This document shows positions 23,553-36,581 of a DNA stretch of 64,000 bases, piece by piece. Below the pieces are notes generated by a model. It saw nothing but the letters and a program-made list of their open reading frames with translations. It was not told the origin of the DNA and did no database searches. Source of the stretch: Azolla caroliniana (taxonomy: Eukaryota > Plantae > Polypodiophyta); assembly GCA_043228905.1 (NCBI GenBank), contig JBHGNT010000002.1, forward strand, positions 15,438,001 to 15,502,000, given 5' to 3'. The position numbers were made by a program, and so were the translations under genes. The first letter of the stretch is position 1; every line of letters begins with the position of its first letter.

Positions 23553-25902
23553 CAAAGCATTGAGCCGGTTCTTAGGTCAGATCTAGTGGCACAGACGGAT
23601 GCTCTAATACTTAATAGACTTCGCAACGCCATTACATGCAGTCGTGCACCACGTACCCTTTCAATGGATGGAGCAAGAGGAGAAGGCGTATCAAGCATTG
23701 AAAGTGATGTTGTCCGAAGCTCCAGTAGTACAACCTCTTGATTGGATGAAAGATTTTCATGTGTTCGATGATGCGTCAAACATAGCAATTGGGAGTGTCC
23801 TCATGCAGCTTACCGAACCAAAGTGGTACCATCCGGTATATTACCCAAGCCGGAAACTCTCAAAAGCTAAACGAAATTACTCCACAATAGAGAGAGAAGC
23901 CCTGGGGATGGTCTATAGCATCACAAAGTACCACCACTATCTGTTAGGATGCAAGTTTTCATTCCATGTTGACCAATTGGCACTAATCTATTTGGTATCC
24001 AAGGCATCATTAACCAGTAAGTTAGCTAGGTGGACACTACTATTGCAAGAGTTGGAATTCAAGATATACCATCGATCGGGCATCCAACACGCGGTGGCAG
24101 ACTACTTGAGCCGGCTAGAATCCGAAGAAGCAAGGGATGGAGTCCGATATGAGTTCCCAGATGTCGAGCTATTCAAGGTTACAGTGGAAATGGCAATAGA
24201 TAAGATAGTGGCCGGAGAAGACAAATGGATCACCGACATGCACCAGTTCCTAAGTAGCGAACTACCTCCGGAAGAGTTGAACCGGGACAAACGGAAAAGC
24301 ATGGTGATTCAAAGCCTCCATTTTCGTTTGATATAGGATACATTGTACCACAAGGGAGCCAACGACATCTAGCGGCGCGCGATACGGAGCGACGAGAAGG
24401 AAGCAATCTTATGAGAGGCCCATTGCGGAGTTGTCGGTGGGCATTATGCCAAAGACGTCACCGCCCAGAAAATCTGGCGAAGTGGGTTATGGTGACCGAC
24501 AACCCTCAAGGATGCAATCTGATATTGTAAAGAGTGTGATCTCTGCCAGAGGTTAGGCCAACCAACAGAGCAGGCCCAGATGCCCCATCAACTAGTGTTG
24601 CCATTAGAACCGTTCCAAAAGTGGGGGTTAGACTTTGTGGGACCATTTAAGTCACCGACAATGCGCACAGGAAATCAGTATATCATCGTAGCCACAGACT
24701 ATTGTGCAAGATGGGTGGAAGCAAAAGCGCTCCAGGACAACACGGCGACATCGACGGCGAAATTTCTGTATGAGTATATATGGTGCATGTATGGATGCCC
24801 GATCGAGCTCATCAACAACCAGGGAGAACATTTCCTTGGTCATGTTGTGGAAAGCCTAACGACATTCTATGCGGTAGTTCATAAATGTAGTACGCCATAC
24901 TACCCACAAGGGAACAAATTGGCGGAGTCAACGAACAAGCTCCAAAACATTCTCCGGAAAATTGTAAATGAAAACCGGATGGACTGGGACACCAAGTTAC
25001 AAAATGCACTATGGGCGTATCGAATGGTGTATAAAACGAATATCCAGACAACCGTGTTCCGATTGCCATTCGGGCTGGAGGTCGTCATGCCTCTGGAGTT
25101 CCAGATTCCCAACTTACGAATCCAAGTCCGGGAGTGATTGAGCGAAAAAGGGTCTGAAAAGATCCGGTTGGTGACACTGTGCAAATTAGAGGAACACCGG
25201 ATAGCTAGCTTGTTGCAATTGGAGCTGGAGCAAAGACAACGGAAAGCTTTCGTGGACCGGCATAGTCACGGAAATGAGAAGGATTTTGGCATCGGAAGGC
25301 CGGTATTGGTATTCCAGACCCGGATGGGCAACATGCCAGGGAAGTTGCGGTTATGGTCAACCGGACCATTGAGTTCAAAGGGTCTTACCAACTTAGCACA
25401 CTGGCCAACGAGATACTAGACAAATGGGTTAACGGTTTCCGATTGAAACCATACAAAGGACCGATGCCGAAGAACTTGTTCAAAGAACCAGCGGACCAAT
25501 GGGGAGCTGAAGGAAATAAAAAACAATAGCCATGGACTCTCCAATGACAATGGAGCCGGTACAACCAAGTACAACGGACACTTAGTACCTTAGGCCACAA
25601 AAAAAAAAGATATCATTTGAAATTTTGAACGGTCATTATGAAAAGGTGTGACGTTAGCCATTTAAAGCGCACCACACGGCGTACTCATGCTATTATTGTA
25701 CATGACGTGCATGCCCAGGAATCAAGAAGAGGCGGTTGAGAGAAATGGGGGGACAAAGCTTCCACACGAACGAAGGATTGTCATTTCGTGAATGAAGGCA
25801 AAAGAGCACAACGGAGCACATAGGCTTCCGGACGAGCACAGGCAACCAACCAAGCCCAAGCGCACAATCACAACAGCGAAGCCGACAAAGAAGACACATG
25901 CC

Positions 25903-27371
25903 CAATGGCACTCTCAATCGTTACCTGAGACTGGCTCAACAAGAATGGTCTTGAAGGATTCCTCCGGGTAGCTGAAGCCCCACCACACGAAGAACCAAAG
26001 AAGGTTGCATCAACGATCGATCTCGAAGAAATCTCTGAGGGCACAGTGCAGACCCTCGTCAGATTGCCTGTCAGAGGACTATGCTCCATCGAAAACCCCT
26101 CCACCGAAAACTTGACAGAATACTTCGGGGAGTACTCCATAGCCAGCAAAGCTTACCGGAACAAGGCGGAGAGGATCCCCTGTTCTGAGAGGTGGCTCAA
26201 GTAATTATTGAAATATGGATTTGCGCATCCTCGACCACCCGCCATGCTAGAAAACAAGGCCGGATTCATTATCGCAACATTCGAAGGCCTCAAGGTGGAC
26301 TAGCCGGTGATTGTGGCTGACTCTCTATGGGCAGGTATCATGTCCATAGTGGACGGGAAGAAAGCATGGTGCCAGTTAGCACAGTGTCTAACATTATTGG
26401 TACCCCCAACACGCGCCATCAAGCCGAAGAAGCGAGCCCGACCGGAAATCACGCCGAATAAGTCATCCAAACGGCAATAACTCCTATCAAAGCACACCCC
26501 CGTATGGATAGCAGGAGACTCATCTCGGCGGGAAGAACAAGTGTTGGTGAACTGGAGATAGGAACCGGTCGAGGAAGTTCCAGAAAAGACAGCAAAACCA
26601 ATCAAGATAAAGTTGCGCCAGCATGACAAAGAACGGGAGGAACTGGTATGCAAGGCCAACCAAGAAACTACGGAAGAGGAGGTTGAAGAAGAACCAGCTG
26701 AAACCCTCCAATGTCGCCCACAGAAGCGCGATAGTGAGGAGGAAGGATCAGGTCCGTAGAAGGACAGTACCCCGAAGTCCCGCTCGGTGGTGGTGGAACC
26801 CAGGATGGAGGAAGAGCCAGTAACAAGACCAGAAGCAATGGCAACAGTTCAGCAAGAACCGGTTACAGAAAGACTTACTTCACCAGGTCTTCTAGGGCAG
26901 CAACAAGAGGAATGTCAACCGGAGAGGACACCGGAGCAAGAAGCGGTGTTTGCACGATGGCTCAGGGAGGGGAAAGAATTGTGACCGGAGCCAATGGAAC
27001 AGTTCATTGCACTCACACATTACAGAACCTGCCGACAATGGTTAGAATGGCTTGGCAAGCAGGTATCCAGTGTGGATTGACTAGATGGATGAAGAACAAC
27101 GGGTGTAGCGGCGACGAGTGCAACGGTTGCTGACAACAACCGACGATTTGGATAAGGCCAAAAGTCAGATTCAGAGCCTGGAAGAGGAGCTGGCAAGGGC
27201 TATGGAGTTCGGGGTTCTCATGTCAAAGATGGGCCAAAACACAACCTCTGGAACAAAGCCGATAGAACCACCTCTAATCTACAAAAGGAAGCTCCCGAAG
27301 TGGATGCACAACCGGAGGCGAGCACAGCCTTGGTAAAAGACGTTGAGCGGGAACAGGAAATGCTAACACTA

Positions 27372-27416
<45 letters not shown>

Positions 27417-28319
27417 AACAAAAGGCAGCTAAAGAAGAGAAATAGAGGACGGAGGAATTTCTCCGGAAGAGTCAATTGAACAACCACCGGCTGAAGGAGG
27501 AAAGAGTGAAGCGGCTAGAGGAAAAATTTCGACCGGTAATAAGAAAAATTGAAGGAGGTCCGGATGGAATTGGCAAAGAAAATGGAGACGTTGGCGGATG
27601 AGCAGAAGATGATGGTTGCATCCATGGCACAAATGATGGAAGAAGTGGCGAGGGAACGGACACAGCTCACCACAAAGCACTATGAGGAGACAGAACAAGC
27701 AAAGATGGTTTTGGACAAGGTTCAAACAACCTACCAAACCAAATTGCTAGAATATGAAGTGCAGGCTAAGGCCACCACCGCCCTCATAAAACAGCTTAAG
27801 GACGAGAAGCAGGTCACGAAGGACAGCATGAAGCTCAACGTCGAACGAAACTAGCTAATAGTCACGACATGGAAAAACCGGACGAAGACCAATATTGACG
27901 AGTGTTCGGCAGAAGTATGGAATCAATGGTCGCAGCAAGCGGCAGAACTATAGATCCTCCGAGCTGATGCGGAAAACCAGAAGAAGGACGACGACAATTT
28001 CTACAAAATGGACGAAGAAAATATTGTCACCATCCGGGAGGAATTGTCGGACGATTTCTTTTCCTTGGCCGACACTCACCTCAAAGTTGTCCAGAGGCTG
28101 ATTGAAAGGCTCAATGATGATCAACTCGGAACACAATTACAATTCGAGCGATACGTGCGGGAGCACCAGCAATTAGAAGCGGAGAAAAGAATAGCAACCA
28201 TAAATATCAATGATGAGGAACAGCCAGAAGAGCAACTGAACCTGCAGTCGAAGGAAGTCAGAGTGGAGCAACCAGATGGAGCCAGTACGGATCGAACGGA
28301 AGAACCCAACACGGAATAG
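25903..28319 (+). pseudogene. Decayed extra ORF 3' of gypsy pol (charged, coiled-coil)
   Basis: Chain of E/K/Q-rich ORF fragments (e.g. 27549-27854, 28008-28319) broken by stops and a (GA)n run. Confidence 0.6.
27375..27413. repeat. (GA)n microsatellite
   Basis: About 19 GA units. Confidence 0.95.
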
Positions 28320-29358
28320 GCAGAGCAAGTCGGAAATGGAGAGAACGTCGGAGCCGGAGCAAGACAAGAACAACGTCAGTCAAAAATAGTCAGAGAACAG
28401 CAAAAGAGTGAAGTACCACTTAAACCCTTGGATCAGATCATTTTGGACATACTCGATGAGGAGGGATGAAGCTAACCGTGGGTTCGACGTGCAATGCATT
28501 GTCCCACGGGTGTACCATGTGTTGGCCAAAGTATGGTCCAGATGATAAGTGGGGAAAGGGACGAGTCATGAACGATTATTATTATTAGATTCGTAATTAG
28601 TTAGAAATATTATAGGAACAGATGGATCCGGAATAGTTGCACCGATCCGAATACGGACCGATTCATAGCCGGTTTCCGGTATGACACCGTTTTGTAATTG
28701 GAACCGGAGGTCTATAAAAGGATTCGAAAAGCATTGTAATGAACAACGGAAGTAATATAAGTTTGAGTTTGGATTTAAGTATTGTGTACCTTGTCTACTT
28801 ATTGTACTATGTTTAATTTTATATCTTACGCGTGTTAATCAATCAGTGTTATCCCAAAACCAATCCAGAGACAATCGGATTAGAATCGAATTGGTGTCAA
28901 ATAACATAATTCTCATAACCACCCCTTTGGTGAAGTGTTCCAGAAGGACACCCTATGTTTGTGGCTAGTCCACCCCAGGATAAACATTCTTGTCCATTTG
29001 ATAGTGAATAATAATGCATTCTCAATCACAAGGAGTGAGCAAATCACAAGGATGCATGGGGGCCCTATGATGACAACATTGTTAATTCTTTTGCTATAGG
29101 AACATATTAAGGAGACCATTCTTTGACTTGTATTTCTACAAACTAACTAGTATTTGCTTCCAATATTGTTTTGAGCCACAAAATCACTTTTGAAACAAAG
29201 TCATGAATATGTGTATTCAAGCTATTGTGAACCAGACAAGCATTAAATAAATAACTCTTTTGACTTTACATACAGACCTTTTTGGTTGTATCATGTTGCC
29301 AAAATAGTTCAAGGGCATTCCACGTAAAATTTTCTCGTGCATTCTTGGTTAAGAAATC

Positions 29359-29804
29359 TGTTCAGCGGCAAGCTCAACCGGATCCGGATCAGCTAAATAA
29401 GCCTAAGCCAAATCGGCATCCGGAAGGATGAGCTAGATCGGGGAGCCGGTGAGCAAGTGAGCCAATGAGCTGGGGATCCGGTTAGCCGAATCCAACAGTA
29501 ATCGGAAGCCTAGTAGCAGCCTAGACTACGAGGTAGTTAATGTCTCATAGTTAGTGTCAAACGGTCATGTGAGCATTGAAGTACACCGTACATCAGTCAG
29601 TCCTCTTAGGACTTGTATAAATAGTGTTGTTGAGCACATTGTATACACAGAGAATTTTACAGAGTTGTTGATATAGTTTTTAGTTGTTCTGCTCTCTCTC
29701 TCTCTCTCTCTCTCTCCCATGTATTGTGTATATTCAAGCTCTCCATTAAACCTGCGTTTCTATTTTTTGGTTTTCAATTGCTTCCGCACACTATTCTTTT
29801 TACA
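29359..29804 (+). mobile_element. Solo LTR related to the copia A/B/C/E family
   Basis: TG...CA termini; TSD AAATC at 29354-29358 and 29805-29809; shared motifs GACTTGTATAAA and CTTCCGCAC. Confidence 0.9.
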
Positions 29805-30180
29805 AAATCAATGACAAAAAATTTGATTCGCTATTGTAGCAATCCATGCATAGGCCACCTTACAAATTTCCAATACATCAACTTTTCATCTTTTCAAGTT
29901 CTCAACTTGCTTGATCGTGTAGAGAAATCGTTGCGGAATAGATCACAATAAACGAACTATGCGTTGAAATACGAATCAGAGATCTGCCACGAAAGACAAG
30001 ATAAATAGATGTACACAGAGATTTACGTGGAAACCCTAAAACGGGGAAAACCACGGGTGAACAAAATCTTCACTATACAAAGTGGATATACAACACCGAG
30101 AGGAATACAACACTCTATCGAGTGTATCAGCCGCACAGGGCTCTTCGTGTCTGCTGTTACTCACACAGCTATGGCGCGGC

Positions 30181-30218
<38 letters not shown>

Positions 30219-30286
30219 CTCTGTGTAGTCTCTCTCTCTCTCTCTCTCTTTGCAACAGTCGTGCTGCTATTGCCACGTTGTCGTCG

Positions 30287-30363
<77 letters not shown>

Positions 30364-30785
30364 CGGTCGTGCTACCTCTCTGCAACGGTCGTGTTGTTGT
30401 TGCCACGCTGTCGTCGCTGTCGTCTGCGACGTCTGTCACCGCCTGCTACCGTGCTGCACTCTCTCCCCCCCCCCCATTGTGTTGTCGTTTGTTGCTGCAA
30501 TGCCGCCTCTGACGTCCGTCGCTGTCTATTGCCGCGCTGTCGTCTGCGTGTTGGACGACCTGCTGTCGTTCTTCATCGTCCATTGTAGTCATCGTTGTCG
30601 TTGTTGTGTTCTTCTCCTTCTTGTTCTTGACGTTGCCGAGTGCCGTGTTTCTTTTCTTGGCGGCACATCCTTGTTCTTTTAGCATGCTTGTCGCGTGCAA
30701 AATGTCGATGTGACTGCGACATACACACAAACTCGGCTAAGTCTCGAACCCATTTATTTTATCTTTTCTTCTTATTGACACTACA

Positions 30786-31592
30786 ATGTCTAAACGAAAA
30801 GAACATAAGGATACACAAGACGAGGCTATAAGTAAGGAGGACTTTTTATATATGTTTAACCGTTTAACAAAACTAGAGATGGATATGAAAAAATGAGTAA
30901 AAGACGCCGAAACCCATAAGAAAAAAGATAGAGAGGAAAAAGATGCCCTCAAGGCCGAAATAGAAAAACTTAAAGAGGAAAACACAAACCTCAAACAACA
31001 ACTTAATGACATCGAGGTATCCCGAGAGGACAGTGAAATATCCTCCATAGAGGATATAAAAGATGAGATCAAAAAAGTTAAAGAGGAGGTTAAAAATAAC
31101 ATAGAGTTAGCAAAAACAGGTTGGGTAGATGTGGTTAAAAGAAACATTAAAAAAGAAATAAAGGATGAAAATATTGTTAATACCACCCTCGAAGAGGAGA
31201 AAATGTGTCAGGCCCGACGCCTAAATGTGCATGTCACTGGGCTCAAGGAAGGTGCATCCCCGGACGAGGATGCACAAACACTCGGGAAAATGTTAGGGTA
31301 CACAATGACCCTACCTATCACCAAAGCTTGGAGGGCCAGACGCGACACAACTAGGAAGAGAGCCTTAGTTCTTCAATTTAAAGACTTAGATTCTAGAATC
31401 ACTTTCTTTAAGAAGAGACCAATTCTTCAAGGATTGGGTGGGGACCCTATCTACCTTGATGAAGACCTCACCAAGATGCACATTGAGCATCGCAAGAGTT
31501 GTATGCCAAAGGTTATGCAAGCTCGTAAAGAAGGGCATCGTGCCTTTTATCGAGATGGGCAAGTGATCATAAATGATCGCACTACTAATTGA
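30786..31592 (+). pseudogene. LINE ORF1 (coiled coil, RRM-like, IYLDEDLT C-terminal domain), one internal stop
   Basis: ATG 30786 in frame with ORF 31131-31592; TGA at 30894. Confidence 0.8.
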
Positions 31593-31598
31593 CGGCGT

Positions 31599-34500
31599 GT
31601 GGCCCATGTGACAAAAAACACACTTAGGATGACCTTATGGAATTGTAACGGCGCACTCTGGACACACCCTGGCCGCCTAGAGGAGATATTAAAGGAATCA
31701 GATATAGTTTGCCTAGTAGAAACACACCAAAGCCCAAATAGGGGACTCCCACGAGTCGAAGGATTTTGTTGGGAGTCGGCTTTTAGACAAACCTCACATC
31801 GATGCACTACCAGGGGATCTGGAGGTGTCGCAATATTGTTTCGGAGGGAGCTACATAATAGGATAGAAATACTGAGCACAGACCTAGAAGCTCATTTTAT
31901 GTGGGTGAAAGTCTCCACAAGCAAGGACAACGCAGTATTTTTCGCCATTTGTTACTTCCCCCCGAAAGGCTCTCGTTATAATCTAGCTGGCGAGGCGAGA
32001 TTAGTTGATGAAGGAGTGCCACATGGGCCTTCCCCATATTAACCTCTATCGGATGACATAATCTGATATTCTTCCCAAGGAGAAGTATTCCTTATAGGAG
32101 ACTTTAATACGAGAACCCAATCCCGACAATGCACAATATTTCAAATGAATAGAAACCTAGAAATGGTAAATGTCGATCCTTTAGACATAGACACCACACG
32201 TAGATCAAAGGATCAAGGTGCGGACGCCACGAGCTTTGGCCATCATTTGCTCGAACTTGGCAGTCGGCACCAGATGGTCATATATAATGGTTTAGCCAAG
32301 TGGCCAGGTTTGGAAGAGCTCACATGTTTCCCACATGGAGGAGGGGAAAGCACAGTTGATTATCTAATAGGACGCCCTGAAGCTACCCATGTCCTATTGG
32401 CGCAGACAATAGTTTCTTATACTTCGAGCTAAAATGCGATATCTTTAACATCACCAACTCTAGTCAACCACGCCATGACATCACAATACATTTCACACAT
32501 GAGCTCTCTAACATATATGCTCGACATGTTCAAACCCATCTCTCCTCCCTCGATCCCTCCCTACTTTTAGAGAGCCTTAGTACGAAACTCACACACATCG
32601 TTCACTCTGCAGCAGTTAGCAGTTTCCCATACACGAAACACTCCAATCAAGGTAAAGTAGGATCAATGCCACAAAATAGATGGTATGATGAGGATTGTAG
32701 GTGCTTACACAGACAACTTACAATATCGCAACTCAGTGGTGGTATTACCTCAGTACAAGCTCGTAAAGAAATGCACAAGATGACACGTCGTAAGAGACGA
32801 GCATGGGAGGCATCCCAATATTGGGAACTCTACCATATGCTCATGAGTAGCGATTGTGCCACTACATGGAAGAGATTACGGGAACCAAGACCACAAACAC
32901 CCATCAAAGATCCTGAAACTTGGCACACTTATACAGAGAGACTTTACCAAATCCCAAACCAACCACCCATTCCAATGCCTTCTACACCCCGACCTACTGT
33001 GGGGACACTCTTCATGACCTCTAGGGTCACGAAGGTCATAAAGAAATTACAACATAGGAAGTCCATGGACCACACAGGATTGCGAGCAGAACACATCATA
33101 TATGCGAGAGAGTGCCTAGCTCCCTTGCTAACTCTAATCTTCAATCGCGCCCTCGCAAAGGGTTTTCCACCACAATGGACCATGAACACAATGGCCCCCA
33201 TACATAAAGGGGGGGACCCCATGGACCCAAATACTTATAGGACCATTATGATAGATCATACCCTTGCTAAATTATATGGTGCAATAATGGAGGCAGAGCT
33301 TAGCGATTATATGGAGACCTTAAATCTTCGTGCACCTGAACAGGCTGGCTTTAGACAAGGCTTCTCCACTATTGATCATATCTTCACACTTAGATGCTTA
33401 ATTGACCAGACTAAGGCTCGCAAGAAGAAACTATATTGTTGTTTTGTGGACTTCCGCAAAGCCTTTGACACGGTCCCTAGAGAGCGGTTGTTTGATAGGG
33501 TTAAGAGCCTGAGGATACCAGATGACATGGTTTGGGCCATCTACGCACTATATGAACAAGTGTCCGAGTGTGTTTGATGCCCAGGTGGCATATCCGATAG
33601 TTTCACTAGCACTATTGGTGTAAAACAAGGTTGCCCCTTATCTCTAACTCTTTTTGGGATCTACATTGATGAGATCACAGATTTTATTGCTCGTAAGGGA
33701 GGCAATGGAGTAGTCCTTGGGGATACGCAGGTGCATATCTTGCTCTATGCAAACGACATAGTTTTGCTCTCTGAATCCGAACACGACCTACAAAGGCACC
33801 TTAATGCCTTAGATGACTTTTGCACACAATGAGGATCGGTAGTGAATCTAGGGAAAACTAAAGTCCTTATCTTCCACACGTCGGCCCAAGTTAGAGCTAA
33901 TTGTCACCTAACTATCTCCCATAACCCAGTTGAGGTGGTTGGATCATATGTCTATCTCGGAGTCACTTTCAGTGCCCATTCAGGTAAATTTTCGATGACA
34001 CAAGTAACGAAGGATAGACTTACAAGAGGACATGCATCCCTCTCACTCCTCAAGAGACAATGCCACCAAGCATACTTCCAAGAGCCACGAACTAAAGGGT
34101 GGCTCTTTGACTCATTAGTGACTCCCTCTCTCATGTATGCATCAACGGTTTGGGCTCCAGGACTACCATCTTTCATGTGGACGCAATTAGAGAGACCATT
34201 GGTGATGATGTTATCATGCCAACTCTGAAGCAAATCGTCGGTCCCACATGACATTATTAGGGCTGAGTTCACTCTACCCCCTATGTTAGTAGAAGCACTT
34301 TTTCAACTTGTAGTCTTTATCCACAGGATACATAACCAACCACTTGATAGAATATCTCATCAAGACTTTAAGGCTTCTCGAGCACTGTATGAGTCCGGCT
34401 ATATTAGGTCATGGTATGGCATGATGGTGAGTTGGCTTCTTTCCAACGGTCTAGACATTAATAACCTCCCCCCCCCTTAAGTACGACCACACGACTGATA

Positions 34501-35316
34501 ACACTTTAATCTCTCATGAGGACCGTAATAAAGTAATACGCCAAGAAATATGGCAAATTTATACTCGGTATAAATGGATCACCCCACTAGAACCACTCCC
34601 ATCTAAAATGTCGTACTATAAGGAACACTTTATGCACTTCTCTAAGTTAGGTTTTATCACGCAACCAAGATATCTAGATGTATTCTTACCACATGCACTA
34701 AGGGTTGCCATTGGTCAACTTAGAATATCATCTCACCAACTTGAGATTGAGAATGGACGTACTAATGGAGTCCCTAGGGAGGAAAGGATATGTAGGTTAT
34801 GCCACATAGAGATAGAGGATGAGTACCATTTTACATGCAAATGCCCCACCTATGCCGAGATAAGGGCAAAATACCAAGACATACTTGGTTCCTCTCCCAC
34901 CCTCCCTAAACTATTAGATACACTAGATATAAAGAAATTAGGTAGATACATCTTAGAATTGAAACAACACAGAGAGAATAAGTTACAAAACGTTGATAAT
35001 AATGTTACTAATGTTAACCAACATGTAACAAATGAAGTTTTTCAGGAACAGGGGGAGACAATGAATGTCGACACACCTGCACCACTCGGGCTTTTCCTTG
35101 ATGAATCAGAAAAATCAAAGAAGAACCAAACGCCCTTGGATGCCGGGTTTCAAAGCAACTCGACGAGATGTAGAAGCAATAAAGAAAATAAGGGAACGTG
35201 AACTACACCGCCTAGAAACCATGGCTAGGGCACTCTATGCATCGGGACCATGGGTCACACCCACACCAAAACCTTTTGACCTCCCGCTTCTTTTTGATAG
35301 ACTTGGGTGGAAATGA
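31599..35316 (+). pseudogene. LINE ORF2 (APE endonuclease, RT, CCHC), disrupted
   Basis: TLWNCNG, CLVETH, GDFNTR; QAGFR, FVDFRKAFD, GVKQGCPLS, YANDIV; RISSHQLEIENGR...CRLC...EDEYHF..CP.Y. Confidence 0.9.
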
Positions 35317-36147
35317 GATTAGGCTTAGTGCAAAGTTTTGTACACTACTAGAACTCTCTTAGCTTAAGCTATTTTCTTTTATTTTAGTTTTGATGATTGG
35401 ATAAACACTCATTTTTGTTGTAAACCAATTGTCTCATGGGCCAAATTTGGCCTTAGAAGACGTTAATATATCTTTCTTTCTTTCTCTATTGCACACACTG
35501 TTCTCTACACACATAAAGTTTGCCCTAGTTGTATATATATATACTTACACAACTTTATGGCTATTTACATATGTAGCCCTCATGGGGTGCACTCTTAGAC
35601 TATTTATAACTATAGTCTCCCGAGTTGGCTATATACACAATTCTGGTTTCGGCCTCAGCCGAGTCCCTCATCAACTCGGCTCCTCTCTCTCCCCATTGGA
35701 GAGACCCGTTTCCTAACATCATCATTATTATTATTACTATAATAATAATAGTGGAATCTTCAAACAGTCGACTCACTGTTTTCGACTCTTCGACTGTCAG
35801 CTTTCCGAACAGTCGGATCTTCCCTGTCATCGACTGTCGGCTTTTCGATCAGTCGGTTCTTCCTCCCACTAGAGGGACATATTCCCAACAAACTCCCCCT
35901 TCACTCCTGTGGGAGGAAATCTGTCAGTCTTGTATTTTGTCGACAAACTCCGAGTCTGTCCATAGGTAGGTTCTTCGTCAGCATGTCAGATCCATTGTCG
36001 TCGGTATGGATCTTCACAAGGGAAAACTCTCCTTCTTCGACTCTCTCCCGCAACCAGTGATACCTTCTCTGTATGTGCTTGGTCCGGAAGTGGTATGCCG
36101 CGTTCTTGGCTAGGTGTATGGCGCTTTGGCTATCACAATGAAGCAAG

Positions 36148-36581
36148 TGTTAACTCTTCGGGCCGGACAATGGCCTAACACAGGGTGTCTACGGGAGACA
36201 CTTCACCAAAGGGTGTTACGGCAACCGGATTAGACTTCAACGCTTAATCCGACTTAATTAAGTTACTTATTAGGATCGTCTTTCATAACACGCGTAAGAT
36301 ATAACAATTAAGACAGAACGGCAATTAACACACAGAGATAACGATGCTTAAGCTTTCATTAATTAACCGCTAACTATTACATTGTATCCGGGCCTTTAAA
36401 TAGGTTTCCGGTCTATATTACAAAACGGTGCCATCCGCACCTATTCGGGATCGGTCCGGATCCAGAACGGCATACCGTTTCCAGTCCGTCCGTCCACACT
36501 CATAGCTTAATTACAACCACATTCCTATTACTTAATTGGCTCTCCGTTTCCCACTCTGGACTCCTTTGCCGGCCGGTAACA
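36148..36581 (-). mobile_element. Gypsy-type solo LTR inserted in copia F RNase H
   Basis: TGTTA...TAACA termini; TSD GCAAG 36143-36147 and 36582-36586; similar to the gypsy G LTR (CCCTTTGGTGAAGTGT, GACACCCT). Confidence 0.92.

Larger units (their letters stand above)
23553..28986 (+). mobile_element. Ty3/gypsy element G, 3' half (RH, INT, extra ORF, 3' LTR ~28511-28986)
   Basis: KALSRFLGQI; RH DASNIAIGSVL, NYSTIEREAL; INT WGLDFVGP, TPYYPQGN, WVNGFRLKPY; no chromodomain seen; LTR resembles the solo LTR at 36148-36581. Confidence 0.88.
30216..35480 (+). mobile_element. Near full-length RTEX-like non-LTR retrotransposon inside the (CT)n of copia F's 3' LTR
   Basis: ORF1 plus APE-RT ORF2; 3' tail TATCTTTCTTTCTTTCT; LTR sequence resumes on both sides. 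Exact ends are blurred by CT repeats. Confidence 0.88.

Noticed and set aside
30009-30730. ORFs with SLSLSL or ERERER runs
   Set aside because: Translations of (CT)n and GTC-rich LINE 5' UTR and LTR sequence.
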